From positions 1 through 64,000 of the forward strand of contig NC_043021.1 in NCBI RefSeq assembly GCF_006345805.1: a stretch of 64,000 bases of DNA, in the 5' to 3' direction. How positions within the stretch are numbered: the stretch's first letter is position 1; every line of letters starts with the position of its first letter. Under the pieces are notes generated by a model. It had not been told where the DNA came from, searched no databases, and worked only from the letters and a program-made list of their open reading frames with translations. The position numbers and the translations under genes are program-made. Origin of the DNA: Octopus sinensis (taxonomy: Eukaryota). Positions 39,267 through 52,796 of the stretch are shown here, piece after piece.

Positions 39267-41687
39267 CTACCTCATACGAGATCCGAATGACATACTAGCA
39301 CTGAGTGGCGGCAAGGCAAGGGGTGAGGTGGTCGGTGCCGAGGTGCAGGAAAGCCACTTCTTTAAGTAGGGTCTGTCACTGGAGTTGAGATAGGCGGCGC
39401 CAGCGGTTGTATAGTATCGGTTGGAGCCTGTCGGTGTGAACGGAACATTTCTATTGGCCGGGTTGGCTCTTGAAGGAGATGGAAAGGGCGAGTCTGGACT
39501 GGAGGTGGCAGAGACGGCGTTCAATGGAGGTGTGATGGCTGAATAGTAAGATGGCGGTTTCGGAAGTGATGTAGTTGATAATGGCGGCGATGATAGAATC
39601 GGCGTTGATGTCGATGAGAATGTCAAAGGGCTTAGAATGGTTTTTGTTGTTGTGGTTGTTGTTACTGTTTGTGTCGGTTGTGATTGAAGTTGCGGTGATT
39701 TTGCGCATGTGGTGGCTGAAATGACAGCCGTCGGTGATGTTATTGCTGTTGTTGTTGCTGATGATGATAATGTTGCCGTTCCTGTTATTGTTGCAGACGA
39801 TGGTGATGATGATAATGATGATGACGACATTAACGACACTCCCAGGCCACCCCGCCCTGTCCCACCTCCACCAACTCCGAATGCGGCCCTGTTGCCAGTG
39901 GTTGTCGTCGGAGTTATGAAATCATCGTAAGAGGAGGTCCGGTACTCTTCTAAGGAACTAGACCGAAGGGTCTCCGGTGCTGCCCTATTGCGGCCGATTA
40001 GCGAACTAAATTTCTTTCCAGAGAACGATGAAGACGTTGAGATCGGAGAGAAGGCAGAAGAGGCATTGTTGGATGATAAGAAAGACCCAGTGTAGGGAGA
40101 CGATCTCATCACCAGGGTCGAGGGGTCATTTAAGTCTGTGTAGGGCTGCAATATTCCAGAATGTTCACTTTGAGAAAAGGACGTCCCGGAAACAAAACAA
40201 GGCGAAGACGGTTCAAACCCAGCACCCGGATTTTGAACATAATCCGAAATGTTTGTCGGGGTGTTGTATAAACTTCTGTGAGATTGGTAATGCTGTTGTT
40301 GCTGCTGTTGAGCCAGTTCAAGGGGAAGGTTTCGAGATTCATCGATATCGATCAGATGGTCGGATTCTTCAATAAGAATTGCTGTACTTGATTGGTGTTG
40401 TTGTTGCTGTTGCTGTTGTTGTTGTTGAAATAATTCAGCCGAGGGCGACGGCGGAGTTGTCGGCGGTGAGGTCAAAGATATCTGGGGCACAGTTTTCGAA
40501 GACAACTTCGGTGTCGTGGCTGATCTGCCAAAGCCAGCCACGCTAAGAAGGCGGCTAAACCCACCGCCACCCCCGCCCCCGGCCGACCGTCCACTGCAGT
40601 GATCGGCAATACCACTATCACTGCTACTACTACTACTTCTACTACTAATCTTTTGAACAGTAGTAGTAGCAGTAGTAGTTGTTGTTGTACTAGTAGCAGT
40701 TTTAGCAGTAGATGGAGTTGAACTGGTGCTGCAGCTTGACACCAGGCGGTTGTGTTCCATTGTGGTGCTGCGACTCTCTTGGCCGTCGTTTCGTTCCCCC
40801 TGTGACCCCTGTGACCCCTGCCTGGTCGTCGTCTCTAAAAACGGTGAGTCCGAATCACTTGTGTCCGGTTTCACTGCGGAATATTTCGTGGCCTGCGAAA
40901 ATTTCCGTGGATGTATAATACTGGATAAACGCGTGCTCAGCGACATCTTGCGGTTGTCTCCCTCCGAAGCTAAACTACAGGGACCAGTTTTAAAACCTAA
41001 GCCGCTCGGTTGCTTTTTGTTAAGGGAGGGACCACTATTGTTGTATTTCTCTCCACCTCGGCCTTCATCTTTGGTTGACTGTAAATGCCTCACAGCTTGT
41101 TTTCTTTTGCTCGTTTCCGGGGAGGACGAACAACTTGATGACAAATCAGAGGTCTTCGTCCTTTCCACTGGCCTCAATGTAACATTACAAGATCCGCTGC
41201 GGCTCACCTTATGGGAGAAAATTTTCGACCATGTTCCGTGCAGCATTTTCTGCAACCGAGCGTCGACAGAGGGCGCCCCTGTTGCAGATGAATGTCCTCT
41301 GATTTCTCCGCCTCCACCGCTCCTCTTATTTCTATCTACCCCACTGCCACCCACATCATCATCATCATCACCATTTCCACTATTTTCAGCAGCGGAAGTG
41401 CCAGTTTCCGGTGAAGAACATGGCGCTTTTCTCCTTCCGAACTGGAAGTTTCTCATTCTTCTCGACAAAGATCCTCTTTTAGACTTTGAATTGGTACGGT
41501 TTTTCAAAATGTTACGTTCCGAACTGGACATTTTTGAACTCCGGCCTGTTTTAGATGGTTCCACCTGCAAACTATTCGGTGAAGGGCTTTTAGCTTTTGT
41601 ACCGGGCATCGATTCCGGATCAGACATTTTTTTGTTGTGAGCTTCGATTTCTTTTAATCTTTTTTGTCCATATTCCCTGATAATCAA
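39267..41687 (-). CDS. Large terminal coding exon of an unrecognised host gene; S/T/G/Q-rich, predicted disordered
   Basis: 806 open codons in GC-richer DNA; the 'start' is a splice acceptor (CCAACTTTTAG|TTG at 41687, or TTGATTATCAG|G at 41676); poly-Q, poly-T, poly-S and poly-G tracts stay in frame; stop at 39267-39269. Confidence 0.85.
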   Translation of the reverse strand: MIIREYGQKRLKEIEAHNKKMSDPESMPGTKAKSPSPNSLQVEPSKTGRSSKMSSSERNILKNRTNSKSKRGSLSRRMRNFQFGRRKAPCSSPETGTSAAENSGNGDDDDDVGGSGVDRNKRSGGGGEIRGHSSATGAPSVDARLQKMLHGTWSKIFSHKVSRSGSCNVTLRPVERTKTSDLSSSCSSSPETSKRKQAVRHLQSTKDEGRGGEKYNNSGPSLNKKQPSGLGFKTGPCSLASEGDNRKMSLSTRLSSIIHPRKFSQATKYSAVKPDTSDSDSPFLETTTRQGSQGSQGERNDGQESRSTTMEHNRLVSSCSTSSTPSTAKTATSTTTTTTATTTVQKISSRSSSSSSDSGIADHCSGRSAGGGGGGGFSRLLSVAGFGRSATTPKLSSKTVPQISLTSPPTTPPSPSAELFQQQQQQQQQQHQSSTAILIEESDHLIDIDESRNLPLELAQQQQQQHYQSHRSLYNTPTNISDYVQNPGAGFEPSSPCFVSGTSFSQSEHSGILQPYTDLNDPSTLVMRSSPYTGSFLSSNNASSAFSPISTSSSFSGKKFSSLIGRNRAAPETLRSSSLEEYRTSSYDDFITPTTTTGNRAAFGVGGGGTGRGGLGVSLMSSSSLSSSPSSATITGTATLSSSATTTAITSPTAVISATTCAKSPQLQSQPTQTVTTTTTTKTILSPLTFSSTSTPILSSPPLSTTSLPKPPSYYSAITPPLNAVSATSSPDSPFPSPSRANPANRNVPFTPTGSNRYYTTAGAAYLNSSDRPYLKKWLSCTSAPTTSPLALPPLSASMSFGSRMR

Positions 41688-41926
41688 CTAAAAGTTGGTT
41701 TGAATTTGGTGTTTTGGTTGTAGATTATTATTATTGTTATTATTAATATTATTATTATTATTGTTGTTGTTGTTGTTATTGTTAACGAGATGAGTATTTT
41801 GGTGTATTTATAAGGATGGAGTATTTTAAATGATATTGATGTGTGTGTGTGCGTTTTCAAAAATAAATACATTTTATTCAAAATTGGGAAATAGAATATC
41901 GATTGTGTATTTGTATGATTATTATC

Positions 41927-41963
<37 letters not shown>

Positions 41964-42244
41964 TAGTAGAGAATGAGAACACAGCAGCCACCAGTGGAAA
42001 GTATGAAAATAAAAGAGAAGGAAAAAAGAGAATAAGAAAAGACATAAAGGAAGGAAAAAAACAGACAAAAATAACAACAAAATTCCGTTGGTAAATTTTC
42101 TATTTTTTTCTTTTCTTTTTCATGAAATTAATATTTCATATCGAACTGAATATTTTCATGTGAATTTCTCTTTACTCCACTCGCACGTACGTGCGCGCGC
42201 ACAAACACACACACACACGCACTCCGTCTCACTCTGTCTTGCGC

Positions 42245-42275
<31 letters not shown>

Positions 42276-42716
42276 GTGGCCATGCTGGGGCTCTGCCGTT
42301 GATATATATATATATGTATGTATGTATATGTATGTATATATACATACATATACATACGTATATATATATATATGTGTGTATATATGTAAATACACACGCA
42401 TATGCACATACACATATGGAGTGACTCTCTCTCTCTTATATATATATATATATATTTATATATTATATATATATATATATATATATGTATATAAATATAT
42501 ATCTATACATATATGCATAGAATATAATATATATATATATACTTATACATATACATATATGTATATATATGTATATATGTATGAACATATACATAAGGAT
42601 AAGTATGTTAAAAGGGGTCCGTGGGAGAACTGATTTGAATAAAAGGATTTATTGAGAATCACTATGAAAAGGTTGGGAACGACTGTTACATATAGAGGCC
42701 TGGCAGTATAACTAAC

Positions 42717-42800
42717 TTTGTAATCACGTTGTCCGATCACGTGCCACCGACCACAGGGCATGTGTTTTCTATATATGGCCATGAATATTTTCTTCTATAT
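42717..42800 (-). other. Candidate 84-nt cassette exon (in-frame TGA in the frame inherited from the 54335-54438 exon)
   Basis: Acceptor TATATACAG|ATA and donor AAA|GTTAGT. Frame 2 reads RYRRKYSWPYIENTCPVVGGT*; frame 3 reads KKIFMAIYRKHMPCGRWHVIGQRDYK and fits the 41687 acceptor. Confidence 0.35.
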
Positions 42801-43233
42801 CTGTATATATTCAAGTTGATGACAATATAAGAAGAATACTGTCCTGATGACGCACATTGTGGCAGAAACATTTCTCAACAGCTGTTCCCTTATCTCCAGA
42901 CACTTCACAGTTTTGTTAACAGCATATTAGCTTCTAAGAATTCTGGACGCTCGGGATTATCTCCGTTTGGCGTCAATCAGTGTGGTGACATGTAATGGTT
43001 CACGTTTCTCTCGAACGGAATAAGTTTTCATTAAATCATGAATTTTATGGTATTTGATAAACCTCTCTTCGTTTTTATAGTCCATACGTTACTGGACACC
43101 GCGTTATTGCCCATAAAGCATTTGTTTTGCTTTTTAATTGTACACGCACACATAAATACACGCACAATATATATGTATATATATATATATTACACTGATA
43201 CATACACATACATATATATACATATATACATAC

Positions 43234-43326
<93 letters not shown>

Positions 43327-43332
43327 GTATGT

Positions 43333-43366
<34 letters not shown>

Positions 43367-43517
43367 TATGTATATATGTATATACACATATATGCATGGA
43401 AGCTTACACGTATCTAGCATTATTATAGATGTTTTATACTCCAGATTTGGTTCCCGCTTTAAAAATGACTGATTGTTGAAGAGCTGAAAAACGAAGAGGC
43501 AATAATTTAAAGCCGTC

Positions 43518-43562
<45 letters not shown>

Positions 43563-43639
43563 TATATATATATAATATTAATTCGAGACAAAATTTGTAA
43601 ATTTGGATTTATTCCCTAATATTTATTATTATATATATA

Positions 43640-43712
<73 letters not shown>

Positions 43713-43714
43713 CT

Positions 43715-43785
<71 letters not shown>

Positions 43786-44521
43786 TACATGAGTCTTACA
43801 CATGTTTTCATATATATATTCTTGGTTCTCATTGTAGAACTGAAGAAAATGGCTGATGAGATAAGTTGTAACAAACTGAACAGCGACGAATGAAGCAATT
43901 TTGTTTATTATCAAATGGAAATGAAAATGAAATAAGAGAGAACTGGTGTGAGGCGGTAACTTACCGATCATACATATTTAAAATTCAATAATGGCAACTC
44001 ATTTGGTCATGTTAAATTAAAGACAGAAGTAAATATTAATATTGTTCAAAATATACACCTGGAGGCGGGGTTCCTTGCGCTAAATGAAAGAGAACTCAAT
44101 GCGCGACCGAAGATATAGTTAAATATACATTTAGACAGAGTCAATATGGATATTTCAAACAACTCATACATATATAATTGTACGTATGTGTATGACCGTC
44201 TGTGTATATAATATATATGTGAATGCGGAGTATATTACATTAGAATAATTCATTACAAATGGCCATGTGTTTCGCTCTAGAATGATGTCGAGTAAATGGG
44301 GCATTTGGTTCAGTATATGGAATTTATAATTAAAAACTGAATGGTACATCTGAACCTGGATATTCTAGAAATACAGAGTACGGATAAAGTAGTTATATAT
44401 TATATTGACTCAAGATGAAGGACAGAGTCAAGAGATGGAGAAGATAGGTGAGAAAGAGGGGACTAGGACTGGAACCAGAGCATTTATGGATCTTTATTCA
44501 CAAATAACAGCAGACGTAGTG

Positions 44522-44581
<60 letters not shown>

Positions 44582-44974
44582 TATGGAGAGGTTTCTGGGA
44601 GAAGGTATAAGAAAGAAGGTGGTGGGGTTGTAGTTGTTTTTTGAAGGAGGTGAAAGCGTCCGAATATATATATAAATAAAGATAAGATCGTTATTTAAAA
44701 TACCGATCACATCAAGTGGCTCATATGGGGATAAAAACCTCATAGGTAATAATTATTATTAAAATTATAATTAAGGGTATCTAAAAGATACCACCATGCT
44801 AGATATAGCAACCAAAACTTGACTCTGAAACCACATTAAATGTTCATATAGCACCAGGAGAGAAGACAAAATAAACTATCAAAAAATTATTGGATAATTC
44901 CAGAACCGGATTTCCGACTTTGCATAGGAATGCTTTGCCACATCAGTGGAATATCCACCAAATACTACATAAAT

Positions 44975-45019
<45 letters not shown>

Positions 45020-45181
45020 ATATATATTATATATATACTACTACTACTACTAATATAGGATGAAGTTGTTTTACAGAAAAAAAATTCCATGAAAAAATGT
45101 GGCAGCATATTAAAACGATTAAAAGTCTGTTATCAGCACATTGGTATAGAAATTATTTTTCTTTAGCCCTTATTTATAAGT

Positions 45182-45228
<47 letters not shown>

Positions 45229-45254
45229 GAATGATGGTACAACAGCGCACCAAT

Positions 45255-45400
45255 GCACCAGTTTCAGTCTACCAAATCTACTATAGCCTCGGTGGGGCTG
45301 AGGTTATAGTAGAAAACACTTGTTCAAGGTGAAACGCATTAGGATCGAACCCAGAATCATGTGGTTGGGAAGCAAGCCACCTACCGCTCTGCCACGCCGG
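45255..45400 (-). mobile_element. SINE fragment (family B)
   Basis: CAGTTTCAGTCTACCAAATC...GAAAACACTTG...CATGTGGTTGGGAAGCAAG. Confidence 0.7.
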
Positions 45401-46283
45401 CGAAAGAACGAGTTATATAACATTTATGGCAAAGCTGAGTAAGAAAGATTTGGAAAATATGGAAGTACGGCAGAGAATATATGGGTTTACTGGACAATAA
45501 CAATAGGAGTGACTAATTAAATAATCTTATTTAACAAGGAAATTGCTGTAAAAGTAATTAATAGGTTAGTGAAAGAAAGTAATTGTAGCATAATAATAGA
45601 GAGAAATATATTTAGTAAAATTAAGTGTATAAAGGGGTGGGTGGGTGGTCATGGAAGGGTGAGGGGTGGTGATAGAGGAAGGGGTGGGGATAGAATGGTC
45701 GAGGGTGGTAAGAAGGGACGAGTGGTGGTAACTGGGAGGGAGTGGTAAAAGAAGAGAAAGTGTGGTATTAGAGGGGGGAAGGTTATAGAGTGGACGAGGC
45801 AGGGATAGAGGGGTACGGGTGATAAGAGAGGGGAGAGGGTGGTTATAGAATGAAGGAGTGGTAACAGAATGGAGGGGAAATAATCAAAGGAAGGGGTCTG
45901 TAAAAGACCTTGATCCTGTTTCGTCTCCCTCACATGGATGAGGGCCATTAATGGATGAGGAGTTTGGAGAAACGTCAAAGGAAAATCTTACTCAATGATT
46001 CAGTGCAAACCAGGAATCGAAACTACAACCTCTTTGAGTCAGAATAAGAAATGCTCACGTTGAATGGTGTGGTGGTTATTATAGGCGGAATCACAACACA
46101 CACACACAGACAGAGACACACACACACACACAGACACACATATACACACACATTATTTTGGTAAATTACGGATATATATGTTCACATAGGAAAATTTTAT
46201 GTTGTTCGTCAGAAACATTTATATACACATATATACATAAAGATAAATGTAAACACTTGAACACACATATACATTTATATATG

Positions 46284-46332
<49 letters not shown>

Positions 46333-46496
46333 TATAACATATATATATATTGTAATATATATAAATATTCATAAAGGCATGTATATATATACATACAAAT
46401 ATACATGTATATACTTACATATATATATATACATATATAAATATATAACTATGCATGTATATATGTATATATGTATGTGTATATATATATATATAT

Positions 46497-46529
<33 letters not shown>

Positions 46530-47119
46530 GAAACACACACGCACACACCTAAACAACCGCAAAAACACCCTACCACATACCCAGTAAAACCCACGTAACC
46601 AACAGCAACTTTAATATATTGTGGACGAAAGATTTCTCGACGAAAATAACCGTGATTGGTCGGGAATGTTTTGGCATTATTGATACGGATATAGCGCTGT
46701 CTAATTAAAACTTATCTGTCTTGATTAATTAATGTCATCGTGTAGGTCATATTAATTGGGCTAGTGTACACTACAGGTAACGCCGTGCTATATACCGTAT
46801 TACGTGTACGTCTGCTATAGTTAATGTCATAGTATTGACCACACCAAGGGTAGTTGTGTTTGCTACTGTTTTATGGAGTCTGATATAAATGTAATAGAAA
46901 TAACTTCCGTTTTAATAACAACAATGTCTGCTCTATGTTTGACTTTATTGCTGCTGTCATCAGAGATCAATACATCCTGGTTAGGTCTACAATCACAATA
47001 TTTACAATCAATATTTGCAGAGTTGATACGTAAAAATATGTTAGAGTGGTAAATGGCAAAATGACGTTTCGGAGCAAAATCATTCATCATCACCGTCGTC
47101 GTCGCCGTCGGCTTCATTT

Positions 47120-47400
47120 CGTAATCGGATATTTATTTTCCTCTTTGCTTAATGCTTCCTTTATGGTGATGCTGTTGATGACTCTGTTGACCAGTTCTTG
47201 CATAGAAGCCTTCCGAGCCTTTCATTTCTGCCGTTTGATTTCTTCCTTTTCACTTTTGGTGCCTTCAAAGTTTTTGGTTCCGATGCTGATTGAACACCAC
47301 CACTTGGTGCAGACTCGGGCTTTCAAGCGATTTACGCTCAATTCCAGTGGCTTTCAGTGTTGCCTTGAGTTGGCCCTTTCACACTTCTAGTCCCCTTTCA
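47120..47400 (-). mobile_element. 3' relic of an RTE-type LINE
   Basis: KGQLKATLKATGI followed by FEGTKSEKEEIKRQK*KARK, the pattern of an RTE C-terminus; stops and frameshifts present. Confidence 0.55.
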
Positions 47401-47799
47401 CTCAGCCTGTCAGATTCTTTCTCTCCACATACAACAGAGCAAATAAACGTGTCACCGTCGATCAAATGGCTCCGATGTTGTTCTGTCTCATTGCGATAAA
47501 AGTTTTTATAGAAATGATATATACAAATCCATGCACATATATCATCGGTGTTTGAGTAGAAATTCACTGGGCGTAGATATCTGCACTTAACGAACTCTTT
47601 TGTTTCCACCCGTAATATATCTGCCACCATAGCCTTACACATCGATACATATATATATGTATACACACACAGACATATATATATATATATATATATATAT
47701 CATACATACATACATACATATACATACATACATACAACATATGCATACATACCTACATATATATATATACATACACATGCAAACATACTCATGATATAT

Positions 47800-47945
47800 A
47801 CTTCCGTTTCTTCCAGTTTCCGTCTACCAAATCCACTCAGAAGTCGGTCCGAGGCTAGAAGACACTTGCCCAAGGTGCCACGCAGTGGGACTGAACCTGG
47901 AACCATGTGGTTGAGAAGCAAGCTTCTTACCACACAGCCACGCAC
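47800..47945 (-). mobile_element. SINE fragment (family B)
   Basis: TTTCCGTCTACCAAATCCACTC...GACACTTGCCCAAGGTGCCACGCAGTGGGACTGAACC. Confidence 0.8.
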
Positions 47946-48506
47946 TTTCACAAGTGGCGCTGAATTGCAAAGTCCTCGTCACTTTATGATGTGCTGGTTT
48001 GTTCGAAGCTTAACAGCTGAGAATTTGGCCGGAAGCGAACAGCTTTTTGACAGAAAAGAAGGTGAATGGTGGACAGCAACAATAATACGATGCTGTTTAC
48101 CTAAGATAGCTACCATCAAATCTAAGATATATCATATGTACGCAGATGTACGCAACATCAGATCTAAGATAGCTACCATCATATCTAAGCTACAATATTT
48201 ATGTCAAATAATCATATTTTAATGGTTTATATCTGTGGAAATTTTGTGTTCTTGGAAAAATAATTATAATCAGATTTCTTTCTTGAAAGTGTTGTTTCGA
48301 CATGAAATAAAGTATCCAAAAAAGCAGAATTACTTTAAAACCGTATATTTTATAGAAAAAAAAAGTTATTGGACTAAAAAAGTATAAAGTCAGAGCTAAA
48401 AGAGAAAATAATTTCCATTAGCGTATTGTTAAGATGTTGGTTTCTGATTTGGTCTATATATAGTTGCTGAAACAGCTCTAAAACTATTGTCCTTGTCCAA
48501 ATAATG

Positions 48507-48575
<69 letters not shown>

Positions 48576-49729
48576 GTCTGCACTTATTGTTAGCCTCTTT
48601 TCATTATTTTGTTCTGAGTAAGTATTGATCCTGTACAGCTAGAATCAGTCTCTGCTTTTAGCTGACAGCCTTTTATAAGAACAGAGAACAGAATGGACAT
48701 CAATAATAATTGCTGTGAGTTTTTTATAGTGTTCTATATGAACTATTGACAGGATGTGGGGCCTTGTTCCCTCAGTGTCTCCTTAGACCTTCTCATGAAA
48801 ATATTCCTGGACATGAAGATCCTAAAGACTAAAGAGTGACAGTCATGGCTGCGGAGAGAAAAGCAATAAGATTGGTGATGCAGGGTAGATCCCAGCTGGA
48901 GCACGTGTGTCAAGAGGGATATTTGGGAAAGAAAAGAGCATTAATAACAATAAAAATAGTAGGTCGCAAAAACTGCTTCTCTCAAATCATCGCCGGTTGA
49001 AACCCCAGAAAATTGTGGCGGAGATTGCCTCCTCCTCCTCCATCCTCCAAATAGACAAACTGGGACTCTCTTCCCTGGTCATAACCAACCTTACCCCCCC
49101 CCCATCTTCTTGCCACGATGAGGCATGAATAGAATTAATGTCAATCTACAGAAAACGGTGACAAAAGCGAAAACAAATTCAAAATACCACCCCACTCCTC
49201 TCCCTACCCAAAACGTAAAGAGTAAACCAAGGAAAAGTGAGAAGGAAATGTGAATGAATGAAGGTGCAAGAAGGAGCTGCGCCGCTCCAGAAATTGTAAG
49301 TTTGAAAGTCGATGGAAGTACCAGCTGCAGCAACATAGTGACAATAAATGACTCGAGTATTAGACGATGAGCAAACGGTAGAAAAGTGAAGCGGATTAAT
49401 GTTGTTCAACGTAGATTCCGACAATGAAATATTGATAGAATCCACAACAAGGCCATCACCACTTTGACTAAAAACTGTTGCTCGGGTGAGATGCGACATA
49501 GATCGGAGACTAGAATAAAATGTCTAAGGACGCCTTTAGATATAGCAGAGACTCGATGTGGTGGCCTACAGAATCTCGGGTTTCTCTGACTCAACATTCG
49601 TCTCAATACATGATAAAATAGCTTTGCCCCTCCCCTCAATTTGACCTAACATTATATCCCACTTTGTGTTTCGTAAACCCTTCGTATCACTGTTCTGTGT
49701 ATCTGGATGAAACTCACAATCCGATGGAA

Positions 49730-49905
49730 ATGAAATTAGCAGAATCAGTCAAAAGAATCGAGGCGGAATCGAGGCGGATAATTATTTCGTGTCTTCTAGA
49801 CGTGCAGGGTTCAAATACCGACGAGGTCAATCTTACCTTTCAGTCTTCCTAGTTCGATAAAAATCAAGTACCAGTCATGTACTGGAGCTTATTCAATCAA
49901 CTGTT
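49730..49905 (+). mobile_element. Degenerate SINE (family C)
   Basis: TAGCAGAATC...GGGTTCAAATACCGACGAGGTCAATCTTACCTTTCA...TCGATAAAAATCAAGTACCAG. Confidence 0.6.
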
Positions 49906-49972
49906 CATACCTTGAAAAAAATCACTAACCTGGTATCAGTGTGAGAAACGATTAAAAATTAAAAATTAAAAC

Positions 49973-50024
<52 letters not shown>

Positions 50025-50269
50025 AGAGGAGGACGAGGAGACACAGCAGCAGCAGCAGGAGTAGTAGTAGAAGTAGCATCAGCAGTAGCAACAACAACAA
50101 AAAAAGACATGAGGAGGCGTTGGAAACGTATATATATATATGTAGCAGTTAACTACGTAGTTAAAGCGAAAGGAACAGTGATGATATATATATATACTTA
50201 TATACATATAATGTAGAGTGAGAGAGAGAGACTGGCCGACAGACAGACAGACATAGACAGAGAGAGAGA

Positions 50270-50314
<45 letters not shown>

Positions 50315-51076
50315 AAGCGTTAGTAATTTTAGATTAATAAGATTTCATATCAAAATTAAAGAAAGAAAGTAAGGAACTGAATTAGAATGCTAATGAATGA
50401 AACAAAAGAAAAAAAGCATAGAGAAAAGAATGAAAGAGATAAAGAAGGAGAAAAACCGAAATAAAGGAAGATATAATGATGATAGAAAAGAATGAAGAAC
50501 GAGAGAAAGAATGAGACAGAAAATGGGAGTGAAAGAGAGATAAAAAAAGCGGGAGAGACAAAGAGAGAGATTAAGAAACAGGCTAAAGGAGAGAGAGAGA
50601 GAGAGAGAGAGGGGTGGATCAAGAAATATATCAAGTCTTCTTCAAAGGCAACTCTTTCTTCGATGTTAAATGTTGCAGTGACGAGATTTTTCGCCCCAAA
50701 TATATTTTTCAGTTTGTCATCGGGTTGTTGTAGATTGAGGGGCGAGCTTCGAAAAATGCTCAAATTAATTAAATGAAGATGTTTATAAATTAATTGAATT
50801 GGAATTTAAACATTTTTTGGACTGTTTTTGTTTCGTTTTTATTTTCCATTCAGTCTGATGAACAAGATGGGATTGAACGTGGAGGACATGTATGGCTTTT
50901 TTGTGAAAAACTGTCTATTGTTGCCGTTTAAACCTAGCCTATTCCTGATCTAACGCTGGTATATGATCAGAGATATTCCAGCTGTGATCATCCCACTCGT
51001 GCTTTGTTCTGAAAAGCAGAATATATAAGGCGGTGCCCCAGTATGGCCGCAGTCTAATGACTGAAACTAGGAAAAG

Positions 51077-51109
<33 letters not shown>

Positions 51110-51113
<4 letters not shown>

Positions 51114-52026
51114 CAAATGTTCGTGCCGCACATTAACTCCCTCCCTCCATCAAATCGATGTCGTCTGAACTGGTACCACGGTGTGCCCCACGTCAGGTGT
51201 GGAAAGGATCGCAGAGCGATGTGAGATGAAGTGTCTTGTTCAAGAATACAGCACACCATCCGGTCTAGGAATTGAAACTACGATCTCGCAGCCGTGAGTA
51301 CAACTCCCTAACCACCAGGCCATGCGCCCTCACATATATGAATGCGCATGGCTTAGAGTGCCCAGCTCACAGTCGGGCTGTGTGTTGTGTTCTTGAGCAA
51401 GACACTTCATTTCACGTTGCTCCAGTTCACTCAGCTGTAGAAATGAGTTGCAGTGTGCCAAGCCGTATCGGCCCCTTGGAAAACATTGGTGGTACGCATG
51501 GGTGACGGCTGGTCTTCCATAGACAACCTTTCCTGGAATTGGTGTGTTGGTGCATGCGTATTTATATATCATGAGCATCGTTTCCTGTCCGTTTCCCATT
51601 CTGTACAGTTCGACAGGAACCGACGATTGAGAGGGCTCCACCGCGCTCAATATCTGCTTTGGCATTATTTCTACGACTGGAAGGCGACGAGCTGGCAGAA
51701 ACGTTAGCACGCCAGGCAAAGTGCTTAGCTGTATTTCGTCTGTCTTTATGTTCTGAGTTCGAACGTTATATAATACTTATTATATTATATATCTATCATT
51801 CATTTTATACTTTTTGAGGTCTAGTTATAGTTATATATTTTTTAAAAATTATATTATATATATTATATTATATATAATATATTTGTTATTTATGTATTGG
51901 TCTATGCCTATCACTATTTAAGTTGCGTAATGTGGTTTTTTATCTCTAATATTTTATATATTTAACTGTGAAATTTGATTTAATACTAACTTGAATTTTC
52001 CCCTGTAAGTTTGGAGTTATACTCCC

Positions 52027-52067
<41 letters not shown>

Positions 52068-52098
52068 TATTATTATTATTATTATTATTATATTATTA

Positions 52099-52174
<76 letters not shown>

Positions 52175-52424
52175 TAGATAGATAGATAGATAGATATATA
52201 CCTAAATATATATATGTATATATACATACATATATATATATATAAATATATATTTATGTATATATATTGTATATATTTATATATACACATACAAATACGT
52301 ATATATATATACCCACACACACACACACAATATATATATGTGTGTGTGTGTGTGTGTATATATATATACGTATTTGTATGTGTATATATAAATATATACA
52401 TATATATACATATAAATATATATT

Positions 52425-52456
<32 letters not shown>

Positions 52457-52493
52457 TATATTTAGGTATATATCTATCTATCTATCTATCTAC

Positions 52494-52525
<32 letters not shown>

Positions 52526-52555
52526 ATATATATATATATATATATATAGATAATA

Positions 52556-52618
<63 letters not shown>

Positions 52619-52755
52619 TAGGGAATAACTCCAACTTACAGGGGAAATTCAAGTTAGTATTAAATCAAATTTCACAGTATAAATATATAAAATATTAGAG
52701 ATAAAACCACCATTACGCAACTTAAATAGTGATAGGCATAGACCAATACATAAAT

Positions 52756-52796
<41 letters not shown>

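Noticed and set aside
40726-41640. 304-aa plus-strand ORF
   Set aside because: Antisense shadow of the minus-strand terminal exon; no motifs or start context of its own.
42836-42885. CTGATGA...GAAAC hammerhead-like motif
   Set aside because: The core words are present but helix III and the NUH/helix I junction do not pair.
49095-49145. 51-nt segment with good minus-strand acceptor and donor
   Set aside because: Ends in a G homopolymer and gives no convincing peptide; likely chance.
50640-50745. Possible extra minus-strand exon (SSPLNLQQPDDKLKNIFGAKNLVTATFNIEER)
   Set aside because: The phases would fit a longer gene model, but both splice sites (AAG acceptor, GTTGCC donor) are weak.
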